In this document: piece by piece, positions 58,643 to 64,000 of the stretch | Layout of the letters: the number at the start of each line of letters is the position of its first letter | Numbering within the stretch: position 1 is the stretch's first letter | Source: Syntrophales bacterium | GTDB taxonomy: Bacteria > Desulfobacterota > Syntrophia > Syntrophales > UBA2185 | Reading direction: 5' to 3' | Length of the DNA stretch: 64,000 bases | Assembly (NCBI GenBank): GCA_035685925.1 | Contig: DASRZZ010000009.1 | Location: 1,195-65,194 of the forward strand | The notes under the pieces: generated by a model | Told to the model about the DNA's origin: nothing | Seen by the model: only the letters and a program-made list of their open reading frames with translations | Databases searched by the model: none | Translations under genes and position numbers: made by a program

Positions 58643-59629
58643 ATGTCCACAAAGCAGCAGTTGCTCGTCTATTTGAAAGAGGGTAAGGGAACGTGGGTTT
58701 CCGGCGAATTCCTCGCCCATAAAATCGCTGTTTCCCGGTCGGCTGTATGGAAACACATCGCCAGTTTAAAGGACGACGGCTATGTAATAGAATCGTCGCG
58801 TAAAAAGGGATATCTCTTCCGGCGGACTTCCGATTTGCTTCTTGCCGATGAGATACGGGAAGGCCTGAGCACAAACGTACTTGGCAAGGGAGAAATCAGC
58901 TATTTCAGAGAAACGGACTCAACGAACACAAGGGCCAAATATCTGGCAAACGAAGGCGCTCCTGAAGGAACGGTGGTTGTCGCGGAGAAGCAGACGCAGG
59001 GAAGAGGAAGGAGAGGGCGGACGTGGTTTTCACCTCCAGGTGGGGGTATCTACACCTCCATTATTTTGAGGCCGCCCATCCCACCGAATGAGGCGCCCAA
59101 ACTCACTCTCTTGACGTCGGTGGCCTTAGCCGAGGCGTTGCTTTCCCTTACGGCACTAAAGGTCAAGATTAAATGGCCCAACGATATACTGATCAAAGGC
59201 AGGAAGGTCGCGGGCATTCTCACGGAAATCAGCACGGAGATGGACCGAATCGGTTATGTGATTATCGGTGTCGGTGTAAATGTGAATACGCCACGGGAAG
59301 GCCTTTCTCCTGACATAGCGGACACAGCTACATCTGTTCTTATGGAAACAGGCAAGGTGTTCCCAAGGATTGTCCTCCTTCGTGCATTCCTGGAATGGCT
59401 CGAAATATATTATGAAGCATTCAAGACGAAGGGCTTTGATCCCATATTGAGTCGATGGAAGCATCTTGCTGACATAATCGGGCGTCGGATCAGGGTTGAT
59501 CTCATGGACGACGTGCGCACGGGTAAGGTTCTCGATGTAGACAAAGACGGCTTCCTGATCCTCCAAGATCGCAAGGGGACGATTGAGAGGATAATTTCAG
59601 GGGACGTAACCCTGTTGGGTCAGGAGTAG
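58643..59629 (+). CDS. birA: Bifunctional biotin-protein ligase / bio operon repressor BirA
   Basis: N-terminal winged HTH (ISGEFLAHKIAVSRSAVWKHIASLKDDGY), the GRGRRGRTW motif and KWPNDI. Confidence 0.9.
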   Translation: MSTKQQLLVYLKEGKGTWVSGEFLAHKIAVSRSAVWKHIASLKDDGYVIESSRKKGYLFRRTSDLLLADEIREGLSTNVLGKGEISYFRETDSTNTRAKYLANEGAPEGTVVVAEKQTQGRGRRGRTWFSPPGGGIYTSIILRPPIPPNEAPKLTLLTSVALAEALLSLTALKVKIKWPNDILIKGRKVAGILTEISTEMDRIGYVIIGVGVNVNTPREGLSPDIADTATSVLMETGKVFPRIVLLRAFLEWLEIYYEAFKTKGFDPILSRWKHLADIIGRRIRVDLMDDVRTGKVLDVDKDGFLILQDRKGTIERIISGDVTLLGQE

Positions 59630-59708
59630 CGGGTTCTGCCATTTCGGCAGGGTCTGTAACACGATTCGCGTGAATGCAGCAGGATTGAACAGGCGAGGGT
59701 CAGACATT

Positions 59709-61076
59709 ATGACTAAGGGAGACAAAAAAGAACTGGAGAACGATGATAAAAAATATGTTTGGCATCCCTTCACCCAGATGCGGGGTTATGAAAAGGAAAC
59801 GCCGGTCATCATCGAGGAGGGGGACGGATGTCTGCTAAGGGACATGAAGGGCAATTGCTATATTGATGGCGTTTCTTCGCTCTGGACGAACGTTCACGGC
59901 CATAGAAAAAAGAAACTTGACGACGCCTTAAAAGAGCAGCTTGGTAAAATCGCCCACTCAACCCTGCTGGGACTTTCCAATATACCTGCAATTAGGCTGG
60001 CAAAGAAACTGATCGCAATTGCACCGCAGGGATTGAAGAAAGTGTTTTATTCCGATAATGGTTCCACAGCCAATGAGATAGCCCTTAAGATGGCCTTCCA
60101 GTACCATAAGCAATGTCCTTCGGGACAGCGCAGCAAAAAGAAATTCATTCGCCTGTCCAATGCCTATCACGGGGACACCATAGGTTCCGTGAGCGTGGGG
60201 GGGATTGACTTGTTCCATTCCATGTATAGAGACCTGCTCTTCCCCTCTTTCAAGGCGGAAGCGCCTTACTGTTACCGCTGCAGCATAGGAAAGGCCTATC
60301 CCGCCTGCGGGCTCGAGTGCCTCACACGCGTGGAAGACGTAATGAAGGCTCATGGCCGGGAGATTGCCGCTCTTGTCATAGAGCCCTTGGTTCAGGGAGC
60401 CGGAGGGATGTTATTGCAGCCACCGGGCTACCTGAAAGGCGTGAGAGAGTTATGCACTCGTTACGATATCTTCATGATCGCCGACGAAGTAGCAGTCGGC
60501 TTCGGCAAGACAGGAAAGATGTTTGCCTGCGAGCACGAGGGGGTCGTGCCGGACATCATGGCCCTGGCAAAGGGAATAGCCGGAGGGTACCTGCCCCTTG
60601 CGGCAACCCTGGTGACGGATCAAATCTATGAAGGATTTCTTGGGGAGTTCGAAGAGTTCAAGACATTTTTCCACGGCCACACATTTACGGGAAACCCCCT
60701 GGCATGCGCGGTTGCCATCGCCAGTCTTGAGATCTTCGAAGAGGAGCGCACCCTCGACCGTCTGAAGGAAAAAATTGCGTACCTCGCAAACAGGCTAATA
60801 CCATTCACCTCGCTGGAGCATGTGGGCGACGTGCGCCAGTGCGGAATCATGGCCGGCATAGAACTCGTTCAAAATCGGGAAACAAAAGAGCTCTTTCCCC
60901 CGGAGAAGAGAACAGGCCATAGGGTCATTATGGGGGCGAGGGAGAGAGGCGTGATTATCCGCCCTTTAGGGGATGTCATTGTACTGATGCCGCCCTTGAG
61001 CATTTCCAAACAGGAAATAGATCTGCTCTGTCAGGCCGTCTACGATTCGATCCGAAATGTGACAGAAAAAAAATGA
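59709..61076 (+). CDS. bioA: Adenosylmethionine-8-amino-7-oxononanoate aminotransferase
   Basis: [19 protein letters not shown], and [15 protein letters not shown] (PLP Lys). Start at MTKGDKK. Confidence 0.9.
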   Translation: MTKGDKKELENDDKKYVWHPFTQMRGYEKETPVIIEEGDGCLLRDMKGNCYIDGVSSLWTNVHGHRKKKLDDALKEQLGKIAHSTLLGLSNIPAIRLAKKLIAIAPQGLKKVFYSDNGSTANEIALKMAFQYHKQCPSGQRSKKKFIRLSNAYHGDTIGSVSVGGIDLFHSMYRDLLFPSFKAEAPYCYRCSIGKAYPACGLECLTRVEDVMKAHGREIAALVIEPLVQGAGGMLLQPPGYLKGVRELCTRYDIFMIADEVAVGFGKTGKMFACEHEGVVPDIMALAKGIAGGYLPLAATLVTDQIYEGFLGEFEEFKTFFHGHTFTGNPLACAVAIASLEIFEEERTLDRLKEKIAYLANRLIPFTSLEHVGDVRQCGIMAGIELVQNRETKELFPPEKRTGHRVIMGARERGVIIRPLGDVIVLMPPLSISKQEIDLLCQAVYDSIRNVTEKK

Positions 61077-61085
61077 GCCCTCGAA

Positions 61086-61412
61086 ATGGCATTTGATATA
61101 AAAGCATCAGACAAGATCCCCGGGAATAACGCCTGGGAGGGCATCTTCTACTTTCATCCGGATGACGGTATTTACCAGGATCATTTCCCTGGTTATCCGG
61201 TTGTCCCCGGAAGTGTTATAGTGCATGCATTTTTAGAGGCCGCAGCGGGCGCCGGCTTCTTGCCGGACTATCTGGCAATAGAAAACTTCAGATTCAGAGA
61301 ATTTCTCTCACCCGGCCGTTACGCATTTCGTATCGAATTCAATGATGACAGGCTGAACTGCCTCATTTATCGGGGGAAGAAGAAGCTTGTTACAGGGGTT
61401 TTGAAAAGATGA
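61086..61412 (+). CDS. Short FabZ/FabA-like hotdog-fold dehydratase
   Basis: DHFPGYPVVPGSVIVHAFLEAA matches the FabZ catalytic His/Glu region. It lacks the usual N-terminal ~40 aa. Confidence 0.6.
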   Translation: MAFDIKASDKIPGNNAWEGIFYFHPDDGIYQDHFPGYPVVPGSVIVHAFLEAAAGAGFLPDYLAIENFRFREFLSPGRYAFRIEFNDDRLNCLIYRGKKKLVTGVLKR

Positions 61413-62152
61413 ACCTCCGTTTTTCGGGAAATCGTGCCCTCGTTCTGGGAGGCACCTGCGAGCTTGCCCTTCTCCTGGCGCATGCCATGATAGAATCCAA
61501 CCTATTTCCCATTCTCACTTACAGAGACGACATGGGCCTAAGCGCAATCGATGACGCTGTGGGGTCATTTCATGGGAGATACGCAACTTGCTATCTGAAT
61601 CTCGGCGATCGTGATTCACTGGATTCCGTCTTCACCCAAATCGGTGACGGCCTCAATTTCCTGGTAGATTTTGCCCAGGGAAATTATGAGAGTCTCATCG
61701 CGGGAGCAGACGAGGACGGCATTTACACTTATTTCATGGAGAACATCTCCTTTCGCGCCGAGGTTTTGAAAATGGCTGGAAGGGCGATGCTGAAGAAAAG
61801 AAAGGGGCGTCTCGTTTATATTTCTTCTGCAGCCGCGTCAAGACCGAATCCCGGCCAGGGATTCTATGCGGCCGCCAAGTTGGCTTCGGAGGCACTCTAC
61901 CGCAATATGGGACTGGAACTGGGGGGCCGCGGTGTGACGACGGTGATTCTCCGCCCCGGTTATATCGATGCCGGGAGGGGCAGAATCTATCTGCAAAAGC
62001 ACGATCGGAAAATTCTTGAGATGACTCCGATAAAGAGGGCTATAACAGGCGAAGAAATTGTCCAGACGATTCTTTTCCTTCTATCAGAGAGTGCCGCCGG
62101 CATCAACGCAACGGAGATTTGCATGGATGGCGGCAGCACATACGTAAAATGA
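61409..62152 (+). CDS. Short-chain dehydrogenase/reductase (3-oxoacyl-ACP reductase-like)
   Basis: ALVLGGTCELA (degenerate Gly motif), ISSAAAS, and the YAAAKLA (YxxxK) catalytic motif. 4-nt overlap with the upstream gene. Confidence 0.75.
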   Translation: MNLRFSGNRALVLGGTCELALLLAHAMIESNLFPILTYRDDMGLSAIDDAVGSFHGRYATCYLNLGDRDSLDSVFTQIGDGLNFLVDFAQGNYESLIAGADEDGIYTYFMENISFRAEVLKMAGRAMLKKRKGRLVYISSAAASRPNPGQGFYAAAKLASEALYRNMGLELGGRGVTTVILRPGYIDAGRGRIYLQKHDRKILEMTPIKRAITGEEIVQTILFLLSESAAGINATEICMDGGSTYVK

Positions 62153-62219
62153 TAAGCAACCGAAACTCTCAGGTGAAATGGGGAGAAGGTCTTCCATGAC
62201 ACATCGAAGGTAAAGACAC

Positions 62220-62591
62220 ATGGGCGTTTTTGCTGAATTAAAGAAAATACTAGAGGAACTCTTGGACCTTGACGACAGGGAACTTACTCCAGAGACTCTT
62301 CTCATACAAGATTTGGGCGCTGAGTCTATTGACCTTCTGGAACTCGCCGTAACGATAAACAGCCGGTTTAAAATCGCCGTGAAGGATGATGAAATATTCC
62401 TGACAAGGTTCGGACTTTATTTAACAGACGCGAGAAAGCAAGGGAGAGACTTAGTCCATTATCTTGCAGGAAGATATCCCTTTCTTGGCGAAGACAGGAT
62501 AGCGGAAATAATGGCGCATATCAAAGAAGGCCCTCAATTAAAAATCAGAGATCTTGTCAGCTATATAACTTACCAGTCAAAGGGGATTTAA
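62220..62591 (+). CDS. Acyl carrier protein-like protein with C-terminal extension
   Basis: LIQDLGAESIDLLELAVTIN corresponds to the ACP D-S-L phosphopantetheine site. About 45-50 extra C-terminal residues. Confidence 0.6.
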   Translation: MGVFAELKKILEELLDLDDRELTPETLLIQDLGAESIDLLELAVTINSRFKIAVKDDEIFLTRFGLYLTDARKQGRDLVHYLAGRYPFLGEDRIAEIMAHIKEGPQLKIRDLVSYITYQSKGI

Positions 62592-62595
62592 TATC

Positions 62596-63234
62596 TTGGA
62601 CATAACGCCCCTGGACAAACTGATCAATGGAAGAAGAAGCATCAGGAAGTACAAACCGGAATGCCCTCCTGAAGAATGGGTAAGGAAGATGATCCTGGCA
62701 GCCATGAGGGCTCCATCTCCGACAAACAGCCAGCCCGTGCGGTTTATCCGCATCCTATCCCCTGCGTTGAAGGACTGCCTGCACCGGGCCATGCGCGATG
62801 GCGAAAAGAGCTTATTGGAGGCTGTCAAGAATTTGAGCAGTTCAAGAAGATTAAGAAACTGGATCAATGCTTACCGGCGGTTCTCAGAGTTTATGTTCGA
62901 CGCCCCTATACTTTTTGCTGTCGGCACCACTACGACATATCTCAATCTTGCAGAAAGGCTTTTCCGCGCAGGTGCGATGGAACAGGGTCATAAGAAATAC
63001 AGGGACATTGACATCTCCGTGGGCCTGGCTATCAAGGGATATCTTCTTAAGGGAGAAGAACTTGGCCTCGGTTCTTGCATTCTGACGGGCCCCCTGATCT
63101 TTATCCAAGGACCCGAGGGGATTCTCGGGTTGAAAGGGATAGAGATCAAATGCTTTGTTACAACAGGATATCCAGATGAAGAACCGGCTTATATCAAGAG
63201 AAGGGATATCACAGAAATCTACAGGGAAATCTAA
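62596..63234 (+). CDS. Nitroreductase-family flavoprotein
   Basis: RRSIRKYKPE...ILAAMRAPSPTNSQPVRF is the classic nitroreductase N-terminus. 4-nt gap from the ACP-like gene. Confidence 0.75.
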   Translation: MDITPLDKLINGRRSIRKYKPECPPEEWVRKMILAAMRAPSPTNSQPVRFIRILSPALKDCLHRAMRDGEKSLLEAVKNLSSSRRLRNWINAYRRFSEFMFDAPILFAVGTTTTYLNLAERLFRAGAMEQGHKKYRDIDISVGLAIKGYLLKGEELGLGSCILTGPLIFIQGPEGILGLKGIEIKCFVTTGYPDEEPAYIKRRDITEIYREI

Positions 63235-64000
63235 ATGAAGCGAAGGGTCGTTATTACCTCCGTGGGGATTGTCTCATCCCTGGGTCGTAACCGCGAGGAG
63301 ATCATAAAGAGTTTCAAAGAACGAAAGGTAAATTTCGAAAGGCCCTCCTTCGACAACGAAATCGTTATTGCCCCCATTAAAGATTTCAAGGTCAGGGACT
63401 ATACAGGCCCCTTTAAGAATGGCCGATATCTAAACCGCGGAGCCCAGTTTGCTGTTGCCTCCGCCATCGCAGCGACAAAAAATTCAGGGTGCAAAAATGG
63501 CGATTTGGCAGAAGCAGGGCTCTTTGTCGGTGCCGGTCCGAACCTCGATATCGGTGGCGAGTTTCCGGAGATCAGGGAAGGGAAAATCGACCGGGATGAC
63601 CTTCAAGCCTTATGGATCCTCAAATTTCTTCCAAACACAGCCGCGTCTGTTATCGCGAAGCTTTCGGGTATCCACGGAGAAAACCTCACTGTGTGCACTG
63701 CCTGTTCAGCTTCCTTGCAGGCGGTCGGAGAAGCATTTCGCAAAATAAAAACCGGTTATCTTGATCGAGCCCTTGCCGGAGGCGGTGATTCCCGCTTGAG
63801 CCCCGGGGGAATTCTGGCCTACAGGAAGGCGAGCGCCCTATATGCGGGCGATAGCGAACCTGCCACGGCAAGCAGGCCTTTTGATTGCAACCGTGGTGGT
63901 TTTGTCCCTGGGGAAGGAGGGGCCTTTTTCCTACTGGAGGAGTTGGAGAAGGCGAAAGAACGTGGGGCGCAGATATACGGCGAGATCTGTGGCTACGGAA
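63235..64000 (+). CDS. Beta-ketoacyl-ACP synthase (KAS I/II type), 3' end outside the window
   Basis: Not in the ORF track because there is no stop in the window. The ATG at 63235 directly follows the previous stop. Sequence MKRRVVITSVGIVSSLG..., with active-site context TVCTACSASLQAVGEAF and RPFD..RGGFVPGEG. Confidence 0.85.
   Translation, partial: MKRRVVITSVGIVSSLGRNREEIIKSFKERKVNFERPSFDNEIVIAPIKDFKVRDYTGPFKNGRYLNRGAQFAVASAIAATKNSGCKNGDLAEAGLFVGAGPNLDIGGEFPEIREGKIDRDDLQALWILKFLPNTAASVIAKLSGIHGENLTVCTACSASLQAVGEAFRKIKTGYLDRALAGGGDSRLSPGGILAYRKASALYAGDSEPATASRPFDCNRGGFVPGEGGAFFLLEELEKAKERGAQIYGEICGYG

Noticed and set aside
1-64000. Scan for tRNA/rRNA genes, CRISPR arrays, transposases or integrases, reverse transcriptases and restriction or defence-type genes
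   Set aside because: I saw no T-loop/acceptor-like tRNA signatures, no regularly spaced direct repeats and no ORF with the corresponding motifs. The window appears to be core chromosome. This was a scan by eye, so short or degenerate elements could have been missed.

Overview
This window is a chromosomal, mostly housekeeping segment of a Gram-negative anaerobe. I found no rRNA, tRNA, CRISPR array, transposase or integrase by eye. The lineage guess is deltaproteobacterial or Syntrophia-like. It is an inference from gene content: COG1900-type homocysteine synthesis, a four-subunit 2-oxoacid:ferredoxin oxidoreductase, several acyl-CoA dehydrogenases and Geobacter-like pil clusters.

Layout, in order:
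- 1-1570: a truncated outer-membrane porin paralog fused behind a STAND-ATPase gene fragment.
- 1571-3490: an AT-rich, ORF-poor gap of about 1.1 kb, followed by a small RHH gene and a PilZ gene.
- 5664-18548: the translation and RNA-processing block rimP-nusA-infB-DUF503-rbfA-nrnA-truB-rpsO-pnp, then an M16 peptidase, dut and a COG1900 gene.
- 19127-24950: pilMNOPQ plus a TPR lipoprotein pilotin.
- 25226-32386: a convergent minus-strand operon, dsbC-like-fimT-pilV-pilW-pilX-orf107-pilY1.
- 32387-33113: a 727-bp non-coding gap.
- 33114-39828: metabolic and housekeeping genes (pepP, gcvH, lplA-like, hisC, rpsU, LOG, holA).
- 39918-53377: three paralogous TMTC/PMT-like membrane-TPR proteins. They surround a NYN nuclease gene, an acyl-CoA dehydrogenase, rpe, waaA and the oxidoreductase operon.
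- 53480-56900: hflX, an FmdB zinc-ribbon gene, and the complete second porin copy.
- 57495-64000: a biotin locus, bioB divergent from birA-bioA.

The most interesting item is a compact fatty-acid-synthase-like gene set directly downstream of bioA. It encodes a FabZ-like hotdog protein, an SDR, an ACP-like protein, a nitroreductase-fold protein and a KAS. This looks like a dedicated and still poorly characterised route to the pimeloyl precursor of biotin. A candidate BirA operator lies in the bioB/birA divergent region.

All calls rest on reading the translated ORFs and the raw sequence. No database search, alignment statistic or RNA fold was computed.
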